From assembly GCA_038496445.1 (NCBI GenBank), contig JALMLS010000579.1, forward strand, positions 372,001 through 436,000: 64,000 nucleotides of DNA, in the 5' to 3' direction. Origin of the DNA: Trichosphaerium sp. ATCC 40318 (taxonomy: Eukaryota; Protista; Tubulinea). Positions within the stretch are counted from its first letter, which is position 1; every line of letters begins with the position of its first letter. The position numbers were made by a program, and so were the translations under genes. The notes below the pieces were generated by a model. The model did no database searches, had not been told where the DNA came from, and saw nothing but the letters and a program-made list of their open reading frames with translations. Positions 13,267-27,048 of this stretch are shown here, piece by piece.

Positions 13267-16200
13267 ATGTCACGCAGTATCGTCGTACTCATTGCATTCG
13301 GTTTGAATATATCGTGCTACCTTTGTTTAACAGTGAGTTTTGGAAGAGACGTTTCATCAGGACGAATAACGTTACAAACAGCTCAAAACGTTCTTGTTGT
13401 ACAATTAGAAGATCCTGACCCTTCTCCATCATTTGTAGGACAGGTACCGTTTCGATAACAATTCAAATAAACCAAAAACCGTTTCACCTTTTTGTATCTG
13501 TTGCCTTCTATGCCGGTGGATATACCTTTAATTTCCTTTCTAGACAGAATGGGCAATTGGTTTAGATACCTATAACGACGTATTTTACAGTTGGACAAGT
13601 TTTACTTACGGTGGAAGTGGCACTATTCTTACAGCTGAGTTTGAAGGAGGTCTGTTTTATTTTTATTTTCATGTATCCATTTTAGCGCTTTTTCGTCTTC
13701 GAGTTTGTTTGACTGATTACTAGCTTCTATTCTTCCCAATTGCCTAGAAGGCATCATGGGTGATCCTATATTCTGCCCTGATATCAAAGCATACGTCAGA
13801 GACAGTTCAGGCATCCTAGCAGAGTTCGTTTTTTCTGATTTTTTTTTTCTTGTATTCTGATGATGTTTATTTTTTGGATAGAAGCGAACCAATCTACGTT
13901 GGTAGTAATAATACACTAAAGTGTGATGAGACGTTTTGGCAACCAACGAATCTATTTGATAATGGTCTCTCTCATCATCAACCACCACAGCCAATAGCGA
14001 CTTTTGATTTCAACGCGAACACCCAACAGTTTGACTTCGAGATAACAGCAAGGCAAGCAAACAAAAACTCGAATAAAAAAGAAGCAACTTTTGTTAACCT
14101 CATTCTTAGGTACTTACTTCATGGGTACTCCTGGCATATCGATTTCCAACCTCTAGATAATCAGCTTTATACCACAGAGGCTTATAGTCTCGGGAAAGGG
14201 TACGAGAAATAGAATAATTTGCGTATTGTTCCACAATGATGGTAATTTTTATTTAGCTCATGTGAGAATCGGGATATTGCTGACTTTAGCAATACTTCCG
14301 TGTCTTTTTCGGAGCTTTTCAATGCTGCTCCGAGATCCGATAAAGCTGATGAGATAGGAAGTACGGTCGCACCTCTGGATTCCTTGAACTATCTCAGTTA
14401 TAGGGTAAGTTACATCATTAAATATAGTTCCAAGTTGATTGTTTTAGGTTGGTTCTAACGGCTGGTCTTTAAGTAGCGTGTCGTGCTTTACAGTAAAATA
14501 CGCACGGTCTTTTAGTCTTGCTGAGATTGAATCGTGCCAGAGTGACGTAAACGATGTTGGGTCAAGCATGCTCATCTCAGTGTCGTATGTTTGATTTTAT
14601 ATTGCTGTTTTTTTAACTGCTTATTCAGGAACAACGGCTCGTATGTTGACGTATCTGGAAGTCTCTATGTTAGTGCTATAACGCCTAGAAGTTTAAATAA
14701 ATACGAAGATGGTAGTGGATTATCACCATACATAGCGACAAGGTTCCAAGTACGCATCGGCAAAATGCTTTGGTTACATCTTGAAACATCTTTCGTGAAG
14801 ACTTATTTTTACCTTCTAGTATCCATGGAAACTAGCTTTTGCTATGGAAGTAGAATCTTTAACTGGTAATACAATATTAAGGGAACTAGATGTAAGTAAA
14901 CACCTCTAATAAAGCTGATTAAGCATACCTTATGTTTGACTTTTTTTTTGCTAGGTTGTGTTTGATAGTATTGTACTTATTGAAACTTTGGCAGCTACGT
15001 TTAAGCTTGAGGTAAGCCCTTTCTGGGCTGTATGGCTTAGCGATTAAGTATTCCCATATTTTTCTTCCTGTGTCTTGTTAGCATAAACTCTTTTTCTCTG
15101 ACATGGCTGTATCATAGATTGTCATCACAACAAATACTTTAAATTCTGACTATTATCTTGATACTTCTTCACCTGAAGTGATAGCACCAGTACCTGATAT
15201 TACAATATCATTCAGCGTGCCTGTACAGGTACAGTCTCTTTTACTTAAGAGGGAAAAAGTTAACTTTGTTTAAAGGGAAATGCGCAAAGACAAACTTGGA
15301 TAATTGAATCACTCCCTCAAGACGGGATGTTAACCTTTTCTGGGGATTTCAATATCCAATTCTCACGAGTTTCTATTTCTACTGGTGAGCGTAGTAATGT
15401 AACAACTACATTCAATGTTGTCATTACACCACAAACACCACAGATTGCAGCTGCTGAGTTCCTTGTTGCGACGACTTTCCATGATGACTCTTCGTTTACT
15501 AGTACCAAAGATTCGTATAACGGCGGGGACACAGTTTATGCTCTTACTCAGGTTCAAGGTAAGCAATATTGTACAGTGCTTTTGTTGTTGGCTTAAGACA
15601 TTTGTTAAGGCAAGGATGCAAATGGCATTGGTATTCCGTTTGGTGTTGCTGATAGAAACTCTTATTCGAACAGAATAAAGAATGTTTGGATGTGTATAAC
15701 TACAGATGATTCTGAGCCTGTAAATGATGATTTTACGGATTCAGGATGTAAGCTGTTTAGAGGTACCTCCATTCTGGCTTTAGTTGCTTGGTTTTATCCG
15801 CTTACTCTGGCGTAGGGAAAGTGAGGCCTAAAGTGCAACTTGTTAGTGATTTTGTAGTAACTACAGATACGCTATTGGCTCAGTACGTCTATATGAATGA
15901 GCTCATAGTTTTAAAGTCTAACTTTTTATCCGTAGGACATTTGCGAGCGCCATCTACAATGACCCCGATTCTGCATCTATAAATGAAGGTCTTTCATTTT
16001 TGGCTACGCCACTTATAAATCCTTCTCTTGGTATATCTACATCAGGAGTATTCTGGTTACATGTACATTGAACAACAAAACTCTGAGACTGATTTTTTCT
16101 TCAAGATCGAAAGTGAAATTTCTGAAGGAGGATTCTCAAAGAGGACTGTTGAAACTGTGTACAAGAGGGTACCTATTTCTTTTGTAGAAAGGTTGTGTTT

Positions 16201-17807
16201 TGTTATTAAACATATGGTGTTTTAGAATGTAGCAACAGGAAGGCAGATACAAGGAATTTCTGGAAGCGTCATCAATGGCATTACGGTAAACCATATTTGA
16301 GGTTTTACCCACAATCTTCTAACTGCTTCATTTAGACTGTTGCTCCTACATCTGGTCCTACTGTAGCTTTTATAGAGGTTGTAAATAAAGTAGATCTATG
16401 GGGTAATTGTAAGGAATCTTTGGGGAATGGAACGTGGATAGCTTACCTTGGATGGTCATATCCAGATGTACAAAAACCTAAACTTATCACTTGACCTAAA
16501 ACTGCTTGTAGGAAACTCCAAAGGAAGTACCTATCATTGAAGGCACCTCGAACTACTTCACACCATCTCTTCAGGTAGCAAAGTGAACAAGGTTTATATT
16601 GAAGTATTAACCTGTTTCACTTCAGGGAGCTATGCATACTGTTCAAGGTTTATTGTCTCCAACGCAACCTACAATATTTGAGAAAGGAAACGAAGATGGT
16701 GGCGTAACACCTTCATGGCCTGGTCAAGTAGCATACGCACTACATTGGGATGGATCTCCTCTTGCGTGGACTCTTTACGGTGTACGTTGTTGTCATGTTT
16801 TGCATCTTTGAGTGCACTAAAATCAATGTAGATGAGAAGCCTTCAAATTGATGAATTGAGTGAATGTGAATGTACGAAGCAAACGTTTGTTATTTTGTCC
16901 ACATGTTTTTGTATTACTATCATTGCTTATCTTTTTTGTTCAGCTATCCCTGAAGTAAGTGTTATCTTGGTAGTGGATGTTCCAGTTGAATCCATTACAA
17001 CAAGTTTTATAGATGATTTTAAGTACGCTTTATATAGTTTTCTATTGGACATTCAGTTGTTTTATTTATATTGACTATAGCATTGAAAAGTCTCTACTTT
17101 CCTTCGCACATGTGTTTTCTTTTTTTTTTTTTCAGTTATCAGATTATTTTCTTACTTTTTGTTTGTTTATTAGATTACTATTTTCACAAACTACTGGTGT
17201 TCCAGTGGGAGATATTATAGTTATTATCAAATCTGCTTCTGAAAAAAGGTCCTCACAGTCTACTATTGAGGCAATTGTGAAAGGAACAGAAGGTATAATT
17301 AAATTTCTATTTCTTCACAAAATTGTTTTGTATAAATAACAACCTTGGTAGCTCCTAAAATTCGAGAGTTTCTGCTTGAACCAGTCTCCGTTGAAAAGGT
17401 TACGAAAATTGTAAAGGAAGAGTTTGGTAATAATTCTGTATCTCAAGTACGTTAAAGAATATCGTCAGTACACTTTTACTCAACATTTTTTTTTGCACTA
17501 TGATTTGTTTTGTTTTTTCAGCTGTAAATAAGGTTTTTGTTAAGATAATATACAGCTCTAAGAAAACCTGATTTTATGCACCGCTTGTGACTGTCACTAA
17601 ATGTGACACGCATGGCAAACCCGTGCTATTTATTTTTTTTGCATGCTAACAGATTGATAGGAAATAAGGGCATCTCGTCCAGTGTCCACGATTACAGTTC
17701 CAAAAGCAACTGCAGCACCAACTACAGTAGCACCCTATAGTGGTGGTAGTACTGCTACGTTAACTCTTTTAGTTACGATACTACTTGTGATGTTTATAGT
17801 ACTTTAA
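13267..17807 (+). CDS. Large intron-rich cell-surface protein (signal peptide, possible ZP/FRAS1-C-like domain, C-terminal GPI/TM signal)
   Basis: Signal MSRSIVVLIAFGL; many short GT-AG introns; SYNGGDTVYAL..IKNVWMC..SGC..EGLSFLATPL..SKR; S/T/P stalk and hydrophobic tail GSTATLTLLVTILLVMFIVL*. Confidence 0.65.
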
Positions 17808-18411
17808 ACGTTCATAGTCAACAATTGCAACCATTTTGTAAATAAACAACTTATCCATACATGTCTATACTTTACAGTTCGAATCGTTCATTCTCTAGTT
17901 TCACCTGTCCACGAAACATCACGACTGGCGCACCGACGTGGCAGGACCTCGCAGACAATTGGGCTGAAAGCTGTGAAAGCGTGGCGGCCTGCGGTATCCT
18001 GACCATTTGCTACAGAGTGTGGTAGAAAATTGGACAATTACACAATGTAGTTTTAAAATGATTGCATTGAAGTGTCAAAATGGAAAATGAAGTAATATGT
18101 AGATGGTACACTAAAAGGAGGATAGCCGGATCTGCTGGATAAGTCACAAAGTCGATACAGATTTCACAAATGACTAAATCGTTTAATAGACGGCCGTTTA
18201 TTTACAATCACTAAGACAGCTAAGGATGAAGTTGATTTAAGGCGTTCTAGGGGATTTGACCCGAAATAACACTATTTTGTTATGAAGTACTTCACGTGAG
18301 TATAAAAGCAGAAAGTCACATTAGACCAAAAAGGTGCTAACACCACTTATTAAAGTGGTAATACACGACATCAGAACTTCTAGTCAACTCCCCCATAATC
18401 GCTAACAGTTT

Positions 18412-19335
18412 TTATTGGGATGTCTTGTACATTGTAAGATTTACAACATTGCTTGTAACAATTGAGCAGTGGCCATAAAACCTAACAAATACACCATCAT
18501 GTCTTTCCCTTTCAGTGTTGACTATGGTAAATACTTGAAGAGGAAATACATCTGGTGTTTTAGAGGAGGCAACATAAATTTCATGGGTTTTACCTTGAAG
18601 AGATAAGGTACCAAAGGGACGCATATCTACCCATTGTTTTTTTATGTGTTGAAAAAGTAATGGTATTTCATAGGTTTGTCTATCTCCTGGATTAAGCACA
18701 ATTGAAAAATCATTCAACTGTACCAGAAAAGGAGGATTATGATGACACTTTCTGATATTGTTGAGTAATGTTTTTTTGTCCTTGACTGGAGGGTTCCAAA
18801 CATAGATAGAACCACCACCTTTAATTACATGACAATCATCAAGATTTGCTCCATAACCGAGGTGTACTTTCTCTGGTGTTTTACCAATATTCTCGAGTGT
18901 GAGTGTGAGTGTTACTGTTTGTTCTTTGTGAACATGATTGGTGTCACAACTCAACTCTGAGATGATATTCGGAACAAGTTTGTTGAGATACTTTTCTTTC
19001 CACGTGACAGCATTAAGATTATACAATGTCTCTGGTACCTTCGTTCCCATTCCTTGTTCGAAATTTATGTCTCTTGTGGTTTTGTGATGGACAGTAAAAT
19101 CGATTTCTTCCATGTTACGACCCCACTTCTGATGGTACAAGTGTTGGTAAATGTATTCTGAGTCACTTCGTATTATTTCGCACAGATATTGGTTTGATTG
19201 TTGTAATGAAGCCAAATCTTGCCACGTGAGGTCATTACAGATAATAATATTTAAAAGTATCTCTATTGGCACTGAAAACAGGTTTGTAGAATCTTCGCTT
19301 GACGGATGAACTGTTATATCTCGTTTGGTTGCCAT
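18412..19335 (-). CDS. Intronless F-box + Ig-like protein, copy 2
   Basis: N-terminus near-identical to the 143-1060 gene; upstream DNA 19336-19454 matches window positions 1-142 in reverse complement, with indels. Confidence 0.75.
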   Translation of the reverse strand: MATKRDITVHPSSEDSTNLFSVPIEILLNIIICNDLTWQDLASLQQSNQYLCEIIRSDSEYIYQHLYHQKWGRNMEEIDFTVHHKTTRDINFEQGMGTKVPETLYNLNAVTWKEKYLNKLVPNIISELSCDTNHVHKEQTVTLTLTLENIGKTPEKVHLGYGANLDDCHVIKGGGSIYVWNPPVKDKKTLLNNIRKCHHNPPFLVQLNDFSIVLNPGDRQTYEIPLLFQHIKKQWVDMRPFGTLSLQGKTHEIYVASSKTPDVFPLQVFTIVNTERERHDGVFVRFYGHCSIVTSNVVNLTMYKTSQ

Positions 19336-19499
19336 TTTCAAAGACGAAACGGCAGCTGTTTCTGATGAAGTCGATAAGTCATCTCAGTTTGACTGTTGTG
19401 GAATTATGCGTTTTACAAATAAACACGTGCTGTCTACAAACACAAACAGAGTAAAGAAAGTTCTTGTTAATCTCAAATAATGACGTCATCACAACAAGT

Positions 19500-19790
19500 A
19501 CTCTTCTAAATATGGAAGTCATTTACGCCAATGGTGAGATAAAAGAAGATGTTAAGTTCTGGCATGGCAATGGTATTCTAAGGGCACAGTATTATTAAAT
19601 GCATCGTAAAAGGAAAGGAAAGTATTCGTTGTGGTACAGAAATGGACAGTTAAGAGAAAGTTGTTATTATGTAAACGATGTAAAACATGGTGAATACAAG
19701 CAATGGATGTCAATGGTGTGAATACAAGAGACATAAAGTAGAGCTTATACACATGAATGTACCAAATAGTCAAATAAAACAATTTTCAAA
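19500..19790 (+). pseudogene. Decayed MORN/YwqK-type repeat gene
   Basis: FWHGNGILRAQYY*..GKYSLWYRNGQLRESCYYVNDVKHGEYKQW with an in-frame stop; same repeat type as the 37645-38429 gene. Confidence 0.6.
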
Positions 19791-20134
19791 TGGAAACACT
19801 CCAAATGACATTGAGTTACAACACTCCAGTTCAACAAATTCACTGGCTAGTAATAAACAAAATAATATTCTAGATATTCAATTAGTTTTGATTGCTATTC
19901 GACGTTTTTGTTGTGCTCCATTGGGCACCCCATGCCTAAAAAATGTAGAGCCAGCCCTCATTGTATAATATAATTTCACAGCTTTGTTGTGTTAATGAAT
20001 TTATGAAAGCTGGCATTCACACTGCTTTAACCTTGAAAAGCACAAGTTTTTTTGTACACAATATTTATTTGGCAGAACTAATTTATCTTACCTGTTTATT
20101 AATTTGGTCAAGTAAGGTGTGCCTTATAAATGAG

Positions 20135-21251
20135 TTATAATTTCATTCCATAGGTCGATAATAATCTGTTTTTTTGATTCTTTAACAGTAAATATAAGTT
20201 CAGTTTCATTGCATTGACTTGGACTGGAGCAAGCTGTGTTGCTTTTAACAGACTCAATACAAAACCCATTTTTCCATTAAAAACTGTGAAAATCTGAGTA
20301 TAAATCAACTGTGATATGCATCTAAACTTTAATGCCCTGTAGATCATCACAGAACCTGATTGATATACTCTTCTACATAACACTGAATTCAAGTATTCTA
20401 CTTTCTTTCCAACAGGTACAGTATCATCAGGATGTTCTTTAAAATCAAGAACTGTTTCGGGAATAAAAAGTGTTTCTGTAATACCCATTTCTTTTTCCAT
20501 TTTTGTACTCGCTTCTCTTTCCCATTTATTTCCTTTTCCTCTATTCACTATTGCTCTTGGTGTCACAAACAAGTATCCGTTGTTACAACTGATTGAAGAA
20601 GATATATGAGGGAATCCTGGACAACTGTAGGAGAGTGCTTCGTTGAAGATAAAGTTTGACTTCAATGCCACGAGTAAATCGAGATCTGGATGTATTTTGT
20701 GCCAAATAACAGGGAACAGTTCGTCTACTGCCGACAAAAGACTCCGAAGGCCATCGTATTCCAAATGAAGCTCAGGAGAGTCTTTATGGGACATCCAAGA
20801 TACTCTCGCTCTGTGTACAAGCGATAGAAACGGTTTCCATAGGTTTTGACTTCGTTTAGCCGTTTGAAAAAGTTTGTTTTGAAAAAAATTGCTTTGACTG
20901 TCGGTACTTTTCCTCCGCACAGCACCAACGAATCGCAAAATGGTTTTTAAGCCTATAAGTATAGAATACTAGTTAAATGTTCATAATAACAATTTTTGGT
21001 TAAGACGGTTCTGAGGTGAGTAAAAACGTCTCAAAGATTCTCGAAATGCCGTAAATATCAAAAATCAAAAATGTCGTAATTTTCGAAACTGTCTCAAAAG
21101 CGATGCTGCCCCTTTGGTATGTATAGTTGTTTATTAAAATGAACGTGAGCATGTCGTTTAGCGATTTAATAAAGACTGGACCAATATGGTGAATGAATAG
21201 CTCTGTTGGTACAACACAAAGCAAAAATGCATTGGAGGCTGTTGTAGTCAT
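20135..21251 (-). CDS. Hypothetical F-box-like protein, split into two ORFs (intron or disabling mutation)
   Basis: FLLCVVPTELFIHHI N-terminus (83-aa ORF), followed about 60 nt later by a 267-aa ORF; no consensus donor found. Confidence 0.35.
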
Positions 21252-22185
21252 CGGTTTTATAATGTAATAATACCCCCAGTGCGATAGAATTGTTTGGAGT
21301 ACCTGTCAATAAGACGTCAAAGTGCTTATTTTTGTTTTATTAGTTTTATTTTTGCCGTTAATCACAATCTGTGAATGAGTCGGTTTATTATTCTTTCTGA
21401 GAATACAAAGCCGTAAAGTGGTATGCATCTATAACAAACCTTTTCAAAAAAGCAATGGCCGGATGCATCGGTTTATACAAAATATGTTTTTAAGTTCAGC
21501 TGTGGGGTACCAATGCTTTCGAACGTAAAATTGCATATGGTAACCATTTAAGCACCTAAGACGTTATTTTATGCTACATTTGAGAAACATTCTGCACTAC
21601 AACGATTTTTGGTGCGATATGGCACTCATAAGCTTGATGAGATCAAAAAATACTTGAAGGACTATTGTTGACGTTTTAACGCACGTGACCTTCCATTCTT
21701 TTCATTAATAAACTAATGAACTCTTTGTGTGCTAAGTCGAGCACCCGGAGCAACAATTTTAGAATGATGAGGAAAAGAAAAGGTTTCTTCTCAATATAAA
21801 CTAGTATCTATCACGTGCTAAAAAAGCGTGGCTTCTTACTCAAGTTACGTACCTATGCTATGACGTAGTATAAAACTGTGCACTGCAGGTATGTACCTAC
21901 ACTACCATTGTAATACCAAAATGCAGTTTTTTGACGTCATCGTTTTATCACGTAACGTACACCTCCGTGTGATTTTTTAGATCACAGTGGTAAATTTTGC
22001 CCGATTTTTGCTGTGTTTGCAGTATTAACTGTTCTGTAGGTTGTTTTATCATAGATTCAAAGAGTTTTAATTAGGTTCGTATTATCACGTTAATGTTCGA
22101 AAAAATGTTCAAAAAAAAGTCCACAAAAAAACTGCACTCAAACTTCTTTTTTCATAATGGTTTTTAACCATTCGTTTTTTCGAGT

Positions 22186-23833
22186 ATGACCGCAACACTG
22201 CTATGTTATACATTGATACTCTTTATTATGACTGTACAGAGCCACTGCGCTTTAGTAGATCCATTCACATCTTCACAATCCCTCTCGGTTGATACAACAC
22301 CAGCAAGTGTTACTAGCACGGTGTCTAGCCCTACAATTGCTGGTGGAATGCGTCAAATGCGCCTAAGTCACATAAAGAGAAATATCGAATCTGAAAGTAG
22401 CTGCTCAATAAATACAGACATAACCTCAGCGTTGCTCCTCACATCAGGTGATTCTGAAAGAGCAACATGTGACCTTGAATACTCTGGTAATATTCACCCT
22501 CCGCTTGACTTGAGACAAAACGGACGCAGTACGCTCCTATGAAACATCTACAGTGTCGTAATACTAACCGGACTCAGGGTGCTACAGTTTCGGTGTATTG
22601 TACAATACCAAACCATTTACTGTCTCTGCAACATTCAGAGACTCAGTTACAGGCGAAATCGCGACTCTTGAAAGGAGCTACTCAGATATATACAGCCAAA
22701 GCTCAGGCGGCATTGATGTATGTATACCGTTCGGAAATAGAATAGATCAACTAGGATCAGTTGATTACATTGAACATAGTGTATCAATAGATCCTGATGG
22801 CGAAATTGCAATTAACAATATCTGTGCTGTTCCTACTTTGTCTTGCTGGTACCCTTTTTATCAAACAAAGATGTACCAATAACTAACCTTTACAATTACA
22901 GGCACGATATAAATCCAGTTGGTGGCGCAGATCTTGATAATTTGCAAGTAGGAGACAGACTACAAGTTACACTTGGATGTAAGGACTATAAATCTCTACC
23001 GCTTGAAGACCCTACCAGGCCTACCAGGGCTACTGGAATTGTGTTTCAGTTCAACAATGACATTATTGAAGTAGAAGAAATCGACCCTGTATGTACAGCA
23101 ATGACACAGTCTTTTGTCACTACACGATCTATGAGATTATTTGCATTCATTTTTGATGACACTGAACATGTTTGTACTTTCAACATTGACTTGACAGCAG
23201 CTGGTATTTCTGAGGTTGGAGCGATAGTTACTGAAATCGGCGCAACATTCAATACAAATGAAGGTTTTCCTTTGTACGTACTAAACAATAAGATCCACGT
23301 AAGAATTTTCTCACTCTTTTCTTAACAATCCCTTTGTAGACATGGTACATCAGCGTTTTGTGGAGAGCCAAAGGTCAGAAATTGTTATTACATTACCACC
23401 TACAACTGAGCCTCCTACAACATTACATCCGACAACACAGCCTCCTACAACAGAACCGCCAACTACGCTACCTCCTACTACAACACCTCCAACCACTGCT
23501 CCACCTACGACTATACCACCAACAACAGCTCCTCCAACTACAGAACCTCCAACCACAGAACCACCTACAACAGTATCACCTACAACTGCTCCTCCTACTA
23601 CAGTACCACCAACAACGGAACCTCCAACCACACTCCCTCCAACTACAGAACAACCAACTACGTGGCCACCTACTACTACGCTACCTCCTACTACAGCTGG
23701 ACCAACCACACTAGTACCTACAACAGATCCGCCAACTACGCTTGAGCCAACAACAACACCGCTGATTATACTTCCACCAGTGTATGTTGGCGAACAAAGA
23801 AAGCCCTGTATAAGACGATTGTCTCAGCAATAA
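22186..23833 (+). CDS. Secreted protein with mucin-like PTT(E/A/L)P repeat tail, 4 exons
   Basis: Signal MTATLLCYTLILFIMTVQS; introns near 22529, 22849 and 23299 join the ORF pieces; Thr/Pro repeats. Confidence 0.75.
23395..23760 (+). repeat. Coding tandem repeat, 15-nt unit (PPTTx, about 20+ copies)
   Basis: CCW CCW ACH ACH NNN periodicity, producing the antisense VVGG shadow ORF. Confidence 0.9.
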
Positions 23834-24751
23834 ATTTATTTATTTACAACGCAAATACTAAACTATTCAAAACTCTTTAACACAATGCGTTATTGAACTG
23901 TCAGTTTTTTTTCTTTTCAAAAATCATACATTCTGGCTTGTTTAATAAGCTCAGTCTATAATACATCTGGTGGTGTTATATATGTGTGCCGCTAGTCTAC
24001 TTGGTGTTAGGAACGAATAATAGTGTTAGATCCGCACGCTAATTTTGGGTACAGAATCACGTGATAAAACTAGTTTTTTAAAGTGAGAACCACTGTTTGC
24101 GTGTTTGCAAATCTTATTACACCCATATTTGGCCATCAGGGATTTAAACTTTTCCCACTCAATAAGTTGTTAGGCATTATTAGGAAGAATTGATGTTAAT
24201 TTTGTATTCTTCTACTTGACGCAACACGAAATAAAAAAGGCGTCGAGTTACGAAAATAGTAGAAGGTTATAGTGGCACGGGTGCTGCGGTTAAATCGGTT
24301 TGGCTCAAGGGATATATCTACTGTAGCCAGATGTGTACCAAAAACCCTCGTTATCTAGCTTAGTTTAAGAGTGGTACTGAACCATAATGGAACCAAAACA
24401 AAGCTCCGAGAAGTAGAATGCTGCCCTGGAAAATGCACACTCTAGCCCTGGTACAATGTACCGCGTAGCTTCTAGCGATACTAGCGTCATGTATTTTGCT
24501 ACACTAACAATGTCGTACATGACATCGCTTCGGCTGATCAGTTTTGACGTCACGTGATACGCTAAAAACGCTTGGCTGTGAACCACTCCTATCGAGAGTT
24601 TATTGGTGTATATAGCATTATGTCCTCTCTACTAGTATTATAGCGCTCTAGATAGCGCGATTGCTCATGAATCACACTTGCAAGAAAACTAGCGCAAAAT
24701 TGGTAAATAGAAACATAAAATACAAAACACAATCTACAACGCATCAAAGCA

Positions 24752-26621
24752 ATGTACAGCATTATTTTTGTGTCGGTAGTCCTGATAGCTATTGTACGCA
24801 ATGATACAGCTCTTATCTCGTAATAACAGTGGTTAGGTATCAGCTCAGATTAATACACGTGTTCCTGGACGTATTGAAGCCGAAAGGTTTACTGGAAAGC
24901 GAGAACTCACCAACAACAATCTCGGTACACAATGAATACCAAACACCCTTCCCCTTTTATCCTTTTTGATACTCACAGTCTTAATCTCAGGTGGCGATGC
25001 TTGTGGCATCTCTCAAACGCGGCCATTTGTTGATCTTAGAAGGACAATAGATCCACAAGGTGGTAATTGTAACGTTGGCTGGATACAAGCTTCAGAGTAT
25101 CTTGTATACGAAAGTCCAGTGTTTGCTAGGACAGCGTTTTACACAATCAGACTACGTGTTGCTTCCGCTAAAACTACAGCAGTTTCCATCAGAGTTCAAG
25201 TTGGTTCCGTCACCAGGACAGCAGTATTACGCGGATCAGGAGGTACGGACGACTACTTTTTTATTTTTTGGATATACGAAGATGTTATATTTCCGTGTCT
25301 TTTTTTCACTTTTTGGTGTAGGATGGCGAGAGTGGACTGATCTGTATGTGAATATGGGTCGTATTACTCAAGGACCAAAGAGAATACAGATAACATTTAT
25401 AAACGGAGGTGTTAACTTTAATTTCTTTGAAGTAAGACAAGATGGAAACTACAACATTGAATGGGGTTTCAATGGTGTTCGTACTCCACAGATCACAAGA
25501 CTTGTACGTCTTTATAATCAACTGTTCTCATTTTGTATCTTACCACTCCTTAAGCTTGCTCAAACAGAAACAGCTGCCCGATTCTGGGAGAGAGTCATTA
25601 CTGCTGATTTACCTGACGGCAGATCTAATGTGTTCAATAGAAATGTTGGTATGTGACTAAAAATGTTTGATGTTGTTTTTTAACATTGTTTTTTTTTAAT
25701 TCTGTTTTCGTAGACGATCTCTACATTGATATTACATTCCCTGCTATTGGTACATTGTTAATACATGAATTATCTCTGATATTAAATAGACGGTCCTGGA
25801 AACGTTCTTGGAAGTGCTGGTCCTAGAGAAATCCGTGGTGGAGCTAATGGTCTTCCGGTACTTTTGTCCTTATTACCTTGTTCTTTGACTCATTTTGTAG
25901 ATATCTGGCGTAATCAGATTTGATATTGCTGACGCACAATCTCTTCTCAATAGAGGACAATTTGATGAAGTTGTGAGACATGAGATGGGTCACGTTCTGT
26001 ATGTCTAGTAGATTGTTTAATTTGACCCTTAACTTTTTTATCTGATAGTGGATTGGGACCGTTGTGGTTGTTTAGAAGTGGAGTTGTCATCAATCAAAAC
26101 AGTAACGACCCACGTTACACTTTACCTCTAGCAACAGCCCAATACAGAAATATTTTTGGTAACTCACAATCAACTACTCCTGTGGCAAATGTTGGCGGTC
26201 CAGGTAGTCGGCTAGCGTATGTGACCGTTTAGGTGATTTTTTTCTGAGCTTTGTTTTAGTCATTGGCGGGAATCTACTTTTGATAATGAGCTCATGACAC
26301 CTCAATTGAACTTTGGTGGAACGAATCCACTTTCAAGAATTAGTGTACAGGGACTTAGTGACCTTGGGTAAGAACCTAGGACTTTTGTATTTTGTTATTA
26401 TTCTTGGGCTACAAACTAACTTCAATCTCTTGTAGATACTCTGTCAATATCAATAGGGCAGAGCCATATAATAGACCATCAAAGAGATCATTGAGAGGAA
26501 GGAATAGGCGTAGAAAAACGTTTGAATGCCGCTTTGAAATGCCTGAAATGTATGTTTAATGTTTTTAAACAAAGCTGTTTTGTTAACTTTTTTTTCTTTC
26601 AGGATTGTACTTGACGAGTAA
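24752..26621 (+). CDS. Secreted CBM6 + leishmanolysin-like (M8-type) zinc metalloprotease, copy 1
   Basis: Signal MYSIIFVSVVLIAI|VSA; CBM6-like PGRIEAE..NVGWI..EYLVY..RLRVAS..GGWREW..VNFNFF; protease DGPGNVLGSAGP, HEMGHVL|GLG, HWRES, NELMTP, LSRISVQGLSDLG. Confidence 0.85.
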
Positions 26622-26779
26622 GATGTAAACAATAATTAGCTCTTTGCACTAAATAAACAATTGATTAGTCTACAAAACTCGCCTATGTCAAATTCACTAT
26701 TAATAACGGTTCTATCTCTGAGCTTTAATTATGCAAGACTACCGACTCCTTTGAGAGCGCAGTGCCACCATAAAGACTT

Positions 26780-26970
26780 CATGTGAATCGTAAATGGAAG
26801 TATAGCATTTGTTGTTATGTAAATGGTGTAAAACATGATGAGTATAAACAATCGAAAGAACATGGCAACTTATGTACGCGTTGTATTTATGTCAAGGGTG
26901 TGAATACAAGAAATATTGAGTAGCTTGTACACTTGAAATGTACCAATTAGTCAAATACAATATTTTTTCA
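26780..26970 (+). pseudogene. Second decayed MORN-repeat fragment
   Basis: CYVNGVKHDEYKQ..HGNL..CIYVKG; 3' part (ggtgtgaatacaaga...aatgtaccaa.tagtcaaata) is homologous to 19715-19780. Confidence 0.55.
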
Positions 26971-27048
26971 ATCTAGGTCAGTACGCTTCATTATTATCAC
27001 TTGCAACGTTCAATAAAGACAGTTATGGTAATGAATCAAACGGTTTAT

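Noticed and set aside
17925-17955. TGGCGCACCGACGTGG resembling a tRNA-Lys primer-binding site; GC-rich patch
   Set aside because: Imperfect match, with no LTR or gag/pol nearby; more likely a decayed coding fragment.
23350-23714. VVGG-rich and LQ-rich ORFs
   Set aside because: Antisense and alternative-frame shadows of the PTT repeat.
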